A stretch of DNA of 64,000 nucleotides from Dehalococcoidia bacterium (GTDB lineage Bacteria > Chloroflexota > Dehalococcoidia > Plut-88900). How positions within the stretch are numbered: position 1 is the stretch's first letter; every line of letters starts with the position of its first letter. Below are positions 10,713 through 19,911 of this stretch, piece by piece. The notes below the pieces were generated by a model, which ran no database searches, was not told the DNA's origin, and saw nothing but the letters and a program-made list of their open reading frames with translations. Made by a program: the position numbers and the translations under genes. The stretch is taken from assembly GCA_965249275.1 (NCBI GenBank), contig CBDFLQ010000007.1:192001-256000 (forward strand), written 5' to 3'.

Positions 10713-11845
10713 AGTCCGTAAATATCCCGGACGTTGAGGCCCATCACCTTTGCCTGATCGTCGGGGGAAAGCTCGCTGAGGCTCTCCCTTAGCCTTGCCA
10801 CGGGTTCCTCGCAGGAGTCGCTGTGGGGGTAGTCGAAGGCCCAGACCAGCCTGTCGGCGCCCATTAGCTTGGCCGTGGCGGCGCCGAGTTCGTCGTCGGG
10901 TTCCATGGAAATCCAGCCTCGTTCGTTGAAGTAATCGCTGGGCTTGTTCTTCAGGTCGGTCGTGAAGCCGATGAGCTCAAAGGTCTCGTCCATTCTTTCG
11001 AGGAAGTAGGGCATCCAGAGACAGCCTGATTCGAGGATGAGGATCTTGAGGTCGGGGAACCTGTCGAATACCGTGCCCTGGAAGAAGCTGCAGAAGCTGT
11101 TCATTAGCTCGGTGGACTCGACGGTGAAGGTCCACCATGAAGGGTGTTTGATCTCCGGGTGCAGCAGCTTCGATGCGGAAGTACCTGCGGAGCCGACGTG
11201 GAGGGAGACGGGGATGTCCTGTTCCTGGTGCTCGGCCCACAGGGCGTCCCAATGAGTCGAACCGAAAGATATGTCCTTGGCAGGACCAGAGGGGGCCTGA
11301 ACGGCCTTCTTTTCGAGGCCGGAGAAACGCTGCATCTCCCGGACGCTGAGGTCGACGTCGTGCCAGGGGAGGGTGAGAGCGGGCATAAGGCGGTCGGGGT
11401 GGGCTGAGCAGAAGTCGACGATCCAGTCGTTGTAGACGCTGCAGTAGGCGGCGGAGAGCTTGGCGTCTTCCATACGGGCGAAGGCGAGGCCGAGAGTGGG
11501 GTAGAGGATACTCATGTCGATGCCCTCGGAGGTCATCATCTTGACCCGCTCGTCGGGGTCCCAGGCTCCGGGGACATGGGAGAGGGCCTGCTCCCAGGTG
11601 ATGTCGCGCTTATCGAAGACGTGCTCCTTGCGCCACTCGCGGGTCGTGCCTATGGCGGCGACGTTGGCGCTTCGGCCCTTGGAGTAGGTGCTGATGGCCT
11701 TTCCATCGAAGCTCCAGAACTCAAGTCCCTCCTCGTCGATCTCGATGCGGAGAGCGCGGGACTTGAATTCGGGTGCGATGTTGTCGGACCAGAGGGAAGC
11801 GGGTTCGAGGATGTGGCCGTCTACGTCGATAACCTGGGCTGTCAT
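10709..11845 (-). CDS. Amidohydrolase family 2 protein
   Basis: IDVDGHILEP, HV, ESG, DYPHSD motifs. Confidence 0.9.
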   Translation of the reverse strand: MTAQVIDVDGHILEPASLWSDNIAPEFKSRALRIEIDEEGLEFWSFDGKAISTYSKGRSANVAAIGTTREWRKEHVFDKRDITWEQALSHVPGAWDPDERVKMMTSEGIDMSILYPTLGLAFARMEDAKLSAAYCSVYNDWIVDFCSAHPDRLMPALTLPWHDVDLSVREMQRFSGLEKKAVQAPSGPAKDISFGSTHWDALWAEHQEQDIPVSLHVGSAGTSASKLLHPEIKHPSWWTFTVESTELMNSFCSFFQGTVFDRFPDLKILILESGCLWMPYFLERMDETFELIGFTTDLKNKPSDYFNERGWISMEPDDELGAATAKLMGADRLVWAFDYPHSDSCEEPVARLRESLSELSPDDQAKVMGLNVRDIYGL

Positions 11846-11921
11846 GGTGTTGCCGCCTTTCGGGGTTTGGTGGGGTGGGCATTATGAGGGGAGCGTGGGG
11901 CTGAGAAACGTGAGTGGGCAA

Positions 11922-11953
11922 GTCCTAGATTCCTCGCGGAGCCGCGGAATGAC
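11922..11953. repeat. REP-like palindrome, family TAGATTCCTCGCGGAGCCTCGGAATGACA
   Basis: Copies at about 20296, 25521, 28574, and reversed at 48635 and 59285. Confidence 0.8.
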
Positions 11954-12030
11954 ATGGCTAAAGGAGCGTTCTTCGGATGGCAGGGTGTGAGGGACATTTG
12001 GGTGGTAATGCTAGACATAATGATAGTGAT

Positions 12031-12483
12031 TCAAGACTCGGGGGTGGGGGTGGGGCGGGTGCGGGGGTCGAGGCGGAGGGCGATGATGAAGAGTCCGCCG
12101 GTGGATGCGCCGACTACGGCGAAGATGCCAGCCCCTTCAAAGCCGCCGAGGAAACCGCCCACGACTGCGCCGATTACAGTGGCGACCGCGGCAATGAGGT
12201 ACTTAACGCCGATCCCCAGACTCGTCATCAGGACGGTCAAAATGCCGGCCAGGATGCCGATGACTATGCCGATGACTGCCACGGCCGCGGCAACCCGCAA
12301 TACTTCTGCTGAACCTCCCATGACGAGGCCCATTAGAGCGCCCAGAATAGCCCCTGATAGTGCCCCGGCAATCGCACCGACAACGAATCCGATTGCCAGC
12401 ACGAGGACGCCTTTGGACAGCCTGACGCCTATTGCCTGGAGGCGATGGGAGTTCGTGAGGGTGATGTTGTCTTGGGTGTTCAA
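12031..12483 (-). CDS. Hypothetical Gly-rich membrane protein
   Basis: 150 aa, about 4 TM helices with GxxxG zippers; start uncertain. Confidence 0.6.
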   Translation of the reverse strand: MNTQDNITLTNSHRLQAIGVRLSKGVLVLAIGFVVGAIAGALSGAILGALMGLVMGGSAEVLRVAAAVAVIGIVIGILAGILTVLMTSLGIGVKYLIAAVATVIGAVVGGFLGGFEGAGIFAVVGASTGGLFIIALRLDPRTRPTPTPES

Positions 12484-12633
12484 GTCGGCTTTGTTATTGG
12501 GGTACGGGTTTGTAGTGTCGGGGTTATCTTAAAGCACGGGGGAAAGGCACGCCAAGCGCGGGAAGGGTGGGGGGGTTGGCAACGATTGAGTCGGATTGAC
12601 TACCGGTTGACATGGGATTGGGTGCGATTGGGG

Positions 12634-12717
12634 GATGATTGGACTTGATTGAGGGACGATTGGACTTGATTGAAGGATGATTAGACTTGATTGAAGGATG
12701 ATTGGACTTGATTGAAG
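12634..12717. repeat. Tandem repeat, 4 x 21 bp (GATGATTGGACTTGATTGAAG)
   Basis: Units start at 12634, 12655, 12676, 12697, with 0-1 mismatches each. Confidence 0.9.
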
Positions 12718-12853
12718 CTCGATTGAATTCGTAGCTGTTTTGATTGAATGACGCCTGAAAGGAAAATAAAAGGCGGCAGAGCGGTTTTTGAGTGGGGGGA
12801 TGGGTGGTGGAGATTGACATAAGCGTAGTGGGGAAGGAGAGGGATGGAGGGGG

Positions 12854-13162
12854 TTAAAAGCTCAGGGCGCGTTGCAGTTTGTGGTTAAGGGCCTGAAGGG
12901 CAGAACGCCGGCGGGGATGATTGGCGGGGAGTTCGGAGATGAAGATGAGAGTTTCGATGATGGAGGCGGATGAGCCGCGTTGGGTCTTCTTGCTGCGGCG
13001 GGCGTTGCGCTGGAAGTTCAAAAACCAGCGATAGAGGTCGGGATAGGGGGCGAGGGCGGGAAGGAGGGTTTCCTGGACGTATTTGGATGCAAGGCCGTGT
13101 CGCAGGCGGTTTCGGTTTCCTCTAGGTGCGCCCGCTCCGGGGCGGGATCCTCCACTGGGCAT
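12854..13162 (-). CDS. Small basic protein with GAPxGNxN..HG motif (terminase small subunit N-terminus-like)
   Basis: AAGGAGG SD at 13174-13180, then ATG 13162: MPSGGSRPGAGAPRGNRNRLRHGLASK. Confidence 0.65.
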   Translation of the reverse strand: MPSGGSRPGAGAPRGNRNRLRHGLASKYVQETLLPALAPYPDLYRWFLNFQRNARRSKKTQRGSSASIIETLIFISELPANHPRRRSALQALNHKLQRALSF

Positions 13163-13183
13163 AGGGTTATGATCCTCCTTATT

Positions 13184-13245
13184 CGAATAAATGTTCTGTA
13201 ATGATAAGGCATACAGGGGCACGTGGCAAGGGGTTCGTGTCACAT
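13184..13245 (-). promoter_or_regulatory. Sigma70-like promoter (TTGCCA-17-TATCAT) with downstream LexA-like box and upstream GTGACACGAACCCC motif
   Basis: Minus strand reads ATGTGACACGAACCCC TTGCCA N17 TATCAT tac AGAACATTTATTCG. Confidence 0.6.
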
Positions 13246-13303
13246 GGGGGAGGGGGGTGTTAGACTAGCGCGCCCGAACTTTCAAGCAGGCGGTGTCCTA
13301 TTG

Positions 13304-14929
13304 ATGTTCAATCGTCTTCGTCGTATCCGAAAACCGATGTTTCTGGCCGTAGGTGTCGCCGTGGTCATGCTGGCGTCGCTGGGGGTGATTGCGGGGTGTG
13401 AGGGAGGAGGGGAGGACGAGGTGGCAACCCCTGTTGTAGAGCTGACACCGGTGGCGGTGTCGAGCCCCGGGGCTACGGAAGCTGCATCTACTGAAACGGC
13501 GACGCCTGCGATCTCGAAACCCGATCCCACTGTGTCGGCGGAGACGGGTGAGAGTGGGATGGTGGACCTGCTGCACCGGCTGAGCCAGGACCGGCTGAGC
13601 AACCCCGGAAATCTAACTGCTCAAACCGCCCTTCGGGAGATCGCGGATTCGGGGGACACGGCGCTTGTTGCTGCGCTGACGGACCTTATCCAGGTGCTGT
13701 TGACCCGTAATGAACTGCTCTTCAACGCGGAGCAGGTAATTCCCGTCATGCAACAGCTCTCGGGGCAGAGTTTCGAATATGACGGCAAGGCGTGGGTCGA
13801 ATGGCTGGCTCAACAACCCGACTTAGAGCTGCCAGAGGGATATTTCCAGTGGAAGGTGGACTTGCTGAGCGATATCGATCCCCCGTTCAGGAGCTACTTC
13901 ACCTCGGGTGACGGCGAACTGATAAACCCTGCGACGATAGATCTGGACCTGAGGTTTTTGGTATGGGGCGGGGTGTTACAGGACGATGGGTCGTCGAGAT
14001 CGATTCCTTCGCTGGTGAACCCGGCGATGGTCGAGGGGGATGAGGCGGCCTACCTGGAAAGCACCGACCGCGTCTTCGGGGTGTCCATAAACGGAGATGC
14101 AAGGGCCTATCCGTTGCGGATCATGAACTGGCACGAGATGGCGAACGACGTGGTGGGTGGGGTCCCGGTGGCGCTTGCCTACTGCACTCTCTGCGGTTCC
14201 GGCATTTTGTACGATACCGACGTGGACGGGCACACATACACATTCAGAAGCTCGGGGTTGCTGTATTTCAGCAACAAGCTGATGTACGACCTGACCACCG
14301 GCGGCCTGTGGAACCAGTTCACCGGCGTGCCAGTGACGGGGTCGCTGGTCGACTCGGGAGTGCGGCTGAATATACGGCCGGTGACTCTGACCACGTGGGG
14401 CGACTGGTTAGCCATGCATCCCGATACGCTGGCACTAGACATAAATACGGGATACCCGCGCAACTACTCGTCGGAAGGGGAGTTCGGGGCGGCGTACACG
14501 GACTACTTTGGGAGTGAGGAACTGTGGTTCCCTGTCGGTGAGTACGACGAACGGCTGCAAGTGAAGGACGTTGTGTACGGAATTGAAATAGACGGAAATG
14601 GTAAGGCTTATCCGGTGGAGGTTGTGGGTAGTGAAGGATTGGTGAACGATGAGATCGGCGGGACTGAACTAGTGCTTGTGGGGAATCCGGGGACAAATGC
14701 CGTAGTTGCATACGAGCGCGCGGGAGTGAGGTTCGTCAGCCTTCTTGGCGAGGAGGGAAGAACGACGCTGGTGGATGAGAACGGAGTAGAGTGGCTGGTG
14801 GGGGACGCAAGCCTGGAAGCGTTGGATGGCAGCGGCGACGAGCTGGCGCGGATTGCGGGCCGGACCAGTTTCTGGTTCGGGTGGCGGGCGTTCTTCCCGG
14901 AGACGGAGTTGTATGGGGGTGGGGGGTAG
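13304..14929 (+). CDS. DUF3179 domain-containing lipoprotein
   Basis: Lipobox-like IAGC; ARAYPLRIMNWHEMAND, YCTLCGSG, SGLLYFSNKLMYD, FWFGWRAFFP. Confidence 0.85.
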   Translation: MFNRLRRIRKPMFLAVGVAVVMLASLGVIAGCEGGGEDEVATPVVELTPVAVSSPGATEAASTETATPAISKPDPTVSAETGESGMVDLLHRLSQDRLSNPGNLTAQTALREIADSGDTALVAALTDLIQVLLTRNELLFNAEQVIPVMQQLSGQSFEYDGKAWVEWLAQQPDLELPEGYFQWKVDLLSDIDPPFRSYFTSGDGELINPATIDLDLRFLVWGGVLQDDGSSRSIPSLVNPAMVEGDEAAYLESTDRVFGVSINGDARAYPLRIMNWHEMANDVVGGVPVALAYCTLCGSGILYDTDVDGHTYTFRSSGLLYFSNKLMYDLTTGGLWNQFTGVPVTGSLVDSGVRLNIRPVTLTTWGDWLAMHPDTLALDINTGYPRNYSSEGEFGAAYTDYFGSEELWFPVGEYDERLQVKDVVYGIEIDGNGKAYPVEVVGSEGLVNDEIGGTELVLVGNPGTNAVVAYERAGVRFVSLLGEEGRTTLVDENGVEWLVGDASLEALDGSGDELARIAGRTSFWFGWRAFFPETELYGGGG

Positions 14930-14946
14930 CTCACCGGTAGTGAATT

Positions 14947-15309
14947 CTACGTACAGCTAGACGGGGTATTCAAGGAATTGTTATTACTGTCGTTTTTACT
15001 GGCGGCAATTAATTCATCGTAGTCTCTTCGCGCCTTTTCGTAGCGAGCCTCTGCTTGGTGTAATTCTGCTATGGTAAAATCCTTACCCTTTTCAATCTCT
15101 TGCCGATAGTTGTCACCGTGTTTACTCTTCATCTTGTGATGGTGCAAATGGCTCGATCGCGCAGCCTCGGCTTTCCTCCAATCGGAGAGCGCGTTGTGGG
15201 CGTTATTCTCGCAACCACTTAATCGACGAACAGCCTCATCGAGGCGGCGTCTCGCTTCATTGATATCCATACTCTTATCTATACGGCTTTCACAAGCGTA
15301 GATATTCAC
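14947..15309 (-). CDS. Hypothetical coiled-coil protein, AT-rich
   Basis: 120-aa ORF with visibly lower GC than its neighbours; start uncertain. Confidence 0.5.
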   Translation of the reverse strand: MNIYACESRIDKSMDINEARRRLDEAVRRLSGCENNAHNALSDWRKAEAARSSHLHHHKMKSKHGDNYRQEIEKGKDFTIAELHQAEARYEKARRDYDELIAASKNDSNNNSLNTPSSCT

Positions 15310-15350
15310 ATCTTCGAAATGGGACTATAGATTATGGGCAGGTTGGGTTT

Positions 15351-16295
15351 TCAGCGGTAGTGGACGTAGCCGCCGAGGCGGGATTCGACGGATTCGGCGA
15401 TTTCTTCTGCGAAGGAGGAGCCGACTCGGGAGAAGAGTTTTTGGAAGAGGGGTCGGCGGGGGCGAGCGTAGACGACCTTGGGGGGAACCTCGCCGAGCTC
15501 AGATGCGAGCTCGATGGCTCGGTCCATGTCGGCGACTTCGTCGATAAGGCGGTACTCGGCGGCCCTTCTGCCGGTGAAGACCTCGCCGGTGGCGTATTTG
15601 AGGACGTTGTCCCGGGACATGCCTCGGGACCTGGCGACAAGGTCGACGAAATTGTCGAAGAACTGGCCGATCAGCTCGTCCCGCTTCTTCAGCTCTTCAT
15701 TGGTCGGGTCGCGGTAAAGGGCGCCCATGTCCTTATAAGGCCCGCTCTTGGAGACGGTGACGTCGATCCCGATGCGCTTGAGCAGGTCTTTTGCCACCGG
15801 GCCGATGGAGATCACGCCAATGGAGCCGATGATGGAGCTGGGAAGTGCGATGATCTTGGTGGCCCCGCAGGCGACCATATACGACCCGGAAGCGCCAACG
15901 CCCCTGACAAAGGCGATTACGGGTTTCCTGGCAGCCAGGCGAGACACGGCTCCGTAGAGGTACTCGGAGGCAGGGGCAGAGCCGCCGGGGGAATCGATCT
16001 CGATGATGACGGCGCGGACACGCTTGTCGGTCTTGAGGGTATCAATAAGGCGAACGGACTCGCCGACCTTGGCGCCGCCCTGAATCGCGCCGAAAAGCTC
16101 GACGATGGCGATGCGGGGCTGTATAGGCAGCGCGAGGCCCCAGATCGAAGGGCGCGACTCCACGGTGGCGGAAGCGGCCTCGGCGTTGGGGACGTAGGCG
16201 GTTGCAGCCGAGGCAGCGCGTCGGACGACCTCATATCCTATTCCGGCGGCGGTAAGGCCGAGCGGAAGCAGGTACGAATCTTTTGGAAACTTCAT
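15351..16295 (-). CDS. sppA: Signal peptide peptidase SppA (S49)
   Basis: IDSPGGS, ASGSY, IIGSIGV, KSGPYKD, TGEVFTG. Confidence 0.9.
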   Translation of the reverse strand: MKFPKDSYLLPLGLTAAGIGYEVVRRAASAATAYVPNAEAASATVESRPSIWGLALPIQPRIAIVELFGAIQGGAKVGESVRLIDTLKTDKRVRAVIIEIDSPGGSAPASEYLYGAVSRLAARKPVIAFVRGVGASGSYMVACGATKIIALPSSIIGSIGVISIGPVAKDLLKRIGIDVTVSKSGPYKDMGALYRDPTNEELKKRDELIGQFFDNFVDLVARSRGMSRDNVLKYATGEVFTGRRAAEYRLIDEVADMDRAIELASELGEVPPKVVYARPRRPLFQKLFSRVGSSFAEEIAESVESRLGGYVHYR

Positions 16296-16765
16296 TGGTC
16301 CTCCCGATGGGTGACGTTAGATTTTAGAAATTGTCTGAGCAATATATGAAGGGCGGTGGGGTTGTCGCGACGTAAGGAAAGGAGTCGAAGGAGATAGACA
16401 AAGGCGGCAAATCCAATCACCCCACCCCCAACACCGAAGCCGAGGACATCGTAAAGGCATCCGTCCCAGAATCGGACACCCGTGCCCTCTGGGCAGAGAA
16501 GGGTATCGGCGATGAAGACTCCGAGCACACCAAAGGCAAAGATAAAAAACAATGCCGCCATAAATCGTTCTACGCTCCAGGCTCTCAGATGGGCCCCTAA
16601 CCTGGAGGAGAGCGCCTTGAGCAGTCTGTGCCGGTAGACGGGGCGTGGGACGACAGCACGCTGCGGCGGAGCAAAGAGTGCTTCTCTCCGGTTTGGAGGC
16701 GCGTCGTCGGCGATTTCAGCTGGGGTAGTGTCTCCGTTGGGGTTGTTTTCTGGCAAACCGATCAT
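16292..16765 (-). CDS. Hypothetical membrane protein
   Basis: Two TM segments; stop overlaps the sppA start. Confidence 0.55.
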   Translation of the reverse strand: MIGLPENNPNGDTTPAEIADDAPPNRREALFAPPQRAVVPRPVYRHRLLKALSSRLGAHLRAWSVERFMAALFFIFAFGVLGVFIADTLLCPEGTGVRFWDGCLYDVLGFGVGGGVIGFAAFVYLLRLLSLRRDNPTALHILLRQFLKSNVTHREDQ

Positions 16766-16775
16766 CTTCCTGAGG

Positions 16776-18257
16776 TCAGTGGGCAGGTGTCATGGGTCCG
16801 GGGCCACCCTCCTCCCGCCTTGGCGGACTTTCAGCTAATTCTACATCAGCAGGGACGCGTTTCATAAAGAAAGCCGGGACCAAGGCGAGCAGTGACACGA
16901 CAAATGCTACGAGGAAGAAGCCTTCGAAGACGGAAAGGCCGGCCTCCGAGACACGGGAGACGTAGTCTGGGTCGGTGAAGGGGAGGTCGATGTCACGGAC
17001 GAGAATGTCGAATCGGTCGGTACCCCAGGCGGCGATAGCTGCAAGGCCGACGGTCATTCCCATGAGGCGCATAACGGTAAGAAGACCAGAGGCCGACCCT
17101 CGATGGGCAGAGGGGGAGGAGTCGACTGCGGCGGCGGCAATTGGTGCGATGACGAGGCCGAACCCGAACCCGCCGATTACGAGGTGTATGGTCAGCGCGG
17201 GGTCGGTGAGGGAGGTGTCCCAGCCCATCATCAAGAAGAAGGAGACGGCAGCCAGGGCAAGGCCAAGGGCTGTCGGGAGCCGGTAACCTAGTTTCGATAC
17301 CGCAAGGCCACCGAGTATTCCGCCGACGGGGATCGCAGCGGTGAACCGCACCAGCCTGAGGCCGCCCTCCAGGGGTTCTTTGCCCATTACCGTGTCGGTG
17401 ATGAGGGGAACGTTGACCATGGCGATTATAAGGCCGATCCCGACCAGGAAGTGGGTGAGGTTCGCACCGGAGAACGTGGCACGGCGAAACAGGGCCGGAG
17501 GGATGAGGGGATAAGGAATCCGACTTTCTCGCCAGATGAAACCGGCGGCGAGGACGACGGAAAGGACGATGCCGGCGGCGGCGAGGGGTGGGTAGTCGGG
17601 CCAACGGGATATGGACAGGGTAAACAGGACCAGGCTGAGCATGATCCATATGCCGCCCAGGTAGTCTACGGGGGTCTTCCGGCCCGTTCCTCCGGGCACC
17701 AGGAGGAGCAGGAGCAGGATGGAAGCGGCTACGAGGGGGACGTTAATCCAGAAGACCCATCGCCAGTCGAGGAAGTGGTCGAGGAGCGCGCCCCACATCG
17801 GCCCGATGACGCCGCCGAACTCCGCGGAGGCGCCGAGTAGGCCGAGGGCGGGGGCTCGGCGTCCAGGGGGGAACAGGTGGCCGATCATGGCGATAGTGAC
17901 GGGAATGACCGCACCTCCTCCGACAGCCTGGATAACCCGGTAGGCGACGAGGGGCCAGAGGTTATTGGCGATGGCGCAGAGCACGGAACCGACGGCGAAC
18001 AGGAGCATAGCTGAGACGTAGACGGTGCGGTGGCCGTAGACGTCGGAGAGCTTGCCGATGAGGGGCATGCCGCAGGTGTAGCCAAGCAGGTAACCGGTGA
18101 TGATCCAGGAGACCTGGCTAAGGTCGTCGACACCCAGACGGAAGTCACCCATGATGCTGGGTAGGATGGTGACGACGACTACCTGGTCGTCGGCGGCAAT
18201 GAATACGCCGAAGCAGGCGGCGAGGATGGGGATGTAGGGTGAGCGGGTGCGGATCAT
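16776..18257 (-). CDS. MFS DHA2 (14-TM) exporter, Rv1410c/P55-like
   Basis: WIITGYLLGY...PLIGKLSDVYG, WRWVFWINVP. Confidence 0.85.
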   Translation of the reverse strand: MIRTRSPYIPILAACFGVFIAADDQVVVVTILPSIMGDFRLGVDDLSQVSWIITGYLLGYTCGMPLIGKLSDVYGHRTVYVSAMLLFAVGSVLCAIANNLWPLVAYRVIQAVGGGAVIPVTIAMIGHLFPPGRRAPALGLLGASAEFGGVIGPMWGALLDHFLDWRWVFWINVPLVAASILLLLLLVPGGTGRKTPVDYLGGIWIMLSLVLFTLSISRWPDYPPLAAAGIVLSVVLAAGFIWRESRIPYPLIPPALFRRATFSGANLTHFLVGIGLIIAMVNVPLITDTVMGKEPLEGGLRLVRFTAAIPVGGILGGLAVSKLGYRLPTALGLALAAVSFFLMMGWDTSLTDPALTIHLVIGGFGFGLVIAPIAAAAVDSSPSAHRGSASGLLTVMRLMGMTVGLAAIAAWGTDRFDILVRDIDLPFTDPDYVSRVSEAGLSVFEGFFLVAFVVSLLALVPAFFMKRVPADVELAESPPRREEGGPGPMTPAH

Positions 18258-18298
18258 GGGGTTTTGGGGGTGTGTGGGTGTTGGTGTAGTCTTTGGAT

Positions 18299-18339
18299 CA
18301 CCCTCACCCTAGCCCTCTCCCATCAAAGGGAGAGGGGAC
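18299..18339. repeat. REP-like hairpin, family CACCCTCACCCTAGCCCTCTCCC..GGGAGAGGGG
   Basis: Copies at about 25332, 27121, 28456, 29884, 55981. Confidence 0.8.
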
Positions 18340-18373
18340 TGGACCCTCCCTCACCTCCTCCGGCAATGAGTGG

Positions 18374-19129
18374 TTAAGAATTAGAACTGATATCAGGTGG
18401 GGCGATTTCGGCGGGGATATCGAAGTCTGAGGGGAGGATGGTCCTGGTGATGTTTGGATCCTCGTCGGAGGACATGGGGCCGAACATGTGGATTTTGTAG
18501 ACCAGGGAGTCGTCTATCCCGACCCAGATACCGACATCTATGGGGAGGCCGGGCTCAGCGGTGGGGGCGATGGAGGTGAGCTGGCCGGAGTCGATGACCG
18601 AGGTGATGTGGTAGGTGGAGATACCTTCGAGAGAGGCCTCACCCTCCAGAACGGGGTCCTTGGCGTCTCGGATGATGCCGCTGATTCCGGTTGCGGGGTC
18701 GAGCAGGGCTGAACTGACGATTCCCCTCTCTATCAGCTCGAATTCATCGGTGAATGGGTTGGTGAGCCAGGTTTCCTCACCTATGGCGATAAGGGAGACG
18801 TCGAAGAAGAATCCACCAGCCCAGGCGCCGACCTCGGCCTCGAGGCGGTCAGGTGCTACGACCTGGCCTGTGACGTCTTCCATCAGAAGGCCAAAGGCGA
18901 TGGGTGTACCGCCGTTTTCGTGGGTCATGGTGAAGGTGAAGAATTGGAGCGCTTGGAAGCGGTCGGCGGCGGCCTGGAGGATGACGGATGGGTCGGGGGG
19001 TGGGGTGGGGGAGGGGGGGGTGGTGGCGACCTCCTGCCCACCCATGCCGCATGCTGCGGCAACAAGAACGCAAGTTAGAGCGGCTATGGCGATGACCGAG
19101 AGAGCGGGATGGAGTGTTGTTTTGCGCAT
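18374..19129 (-). CDS. LppX/LprAFG-family lipoprotein
   Basis: Lipobox AAAC, Pro-rich linker, LLDPATGI..II and C-terminal SDFDIPAEIAPP typical of the family. Confidence 0.75.
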   Translation of the reverse strand: MRKTTLHPALSVIAIAALTCVLVAAACGMGGQEVATTPPSPTPPPDPSVILQAAADRFQALQFFTFTMTHENGGTPIAFGLLMEDVTGQVVAPDRLEAEVGAWAGGFFFDVSLIAIGEETWLTNPFTDEFELIERGIVSSALLDPATGISGIIRDAKDPVLEGEASLEGISTYHITSVIDSGQLTSIAPTAEPGLPIDVGIWVGIDDSLVYKIHMFGPMSSDEDPNITRTILPSDFDIPAEIAPPDISSNS

Positions 19130-19272
19130 TTTAGAAGTGCCTCTGAGTCATCATGTTAGCACTCTTGGTTTGGGGGCCACAATTAGGTAGGGAGCGGGGA
19201 GTCGGGGCTGCTATGTTAGAATGACCCGCCTCCCCTGTGCGCATTTTGCACCCCTTCGAACAGGAGCGTTCT

Positions 19273-19911
19273 ATGGACGAAGCCACCATCCAAGCGTTGA
19301 TACCCATTGCAATCGCGGCTTACGTGATTGGCTCGATTCCGACAGCAGTCATAGTGGTAAAACGGTTCACGGGGCGGGATGTGATGTCCCTGGGTACGGG
19401 GAACGTCGGGACGATGAACACGCTGAGGGCAACGAACTCGAAGAAGTTGACGCTGGTGGTGCTGCTGGGCGACATGGGCAAGGGGGCGCTGGCGCTGCTG
19501 CTGGGGTGGGGGGTGGCGGTGGGGTTCGGCTATGAACCGGAGCTGGCGATGACTGTGGGAGGGATCACGGCGATAGTCGGGCACAACTACTCGATCTTCC
19601 TGAAGCTGAAGGGTGGCAAAGGGTTAGCGACGGCGGCCCCGGTCCTTCTGTTCATAGAGCCGGCGTTGGCGGGAGTGTGGATTCCGACGTTCCTGGTAAC
19701 CGTCGCGTTGACGAGGCTGATGGTCGCGGGTCAAATATTGGGGACGGTGGCGGCGGCGTTGGTCGGGGTATTCGTCTTCCCGGACACGGCGATACCGGTG
19801 GGGATCTTGTCGGCGATCATCTTCATAAAACACGCGCCGAGAATCAAGAACATCATCGATGGGACGGAGCCCCGGATGTACTACAAGATAAAGAAGTCGG
19901 GGGAGGGTTGA
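19273..19911 (+). CDS. plsY: Glycerol-3-phosphate acyltransferase PlsY
   Basis: AYVIGSIP, GTGNVGTMN, DMGKG, GHNYS, KGGKGLAT, KH..I..I..GTE. Confidence 0.88.
   Translation: MDEATIQALIPIAIAAYVIGSIPTAVIVVKRFTGRDVMSLGTGNVGTMNTLRATNSKKLTLVVLLGDMGKGALALLLGWGVAVGFGYEPELAMTVGGITAIVGHNYSIFLKLKGGKGLATAAPVLLFIEPALAGVWIPTFLVTVALTRLMVAGQILGTVAAALVGVFVFPDTAIPVGILSAIIFIKHAPRIKNIIDGTEPRMYYKIKKSGEG

Noticed and set aside
12854-13162. Prophage, based on the terminase-like motif or the HTH gene at 49787
   Set aside because: No integrase, capsid, portal or other phage genes nearby
14170-14205. Possible selenocysteine in the DUF3179 CxxC motif
   Set aside because: Both positions are TGC; there is no in-frame TGA
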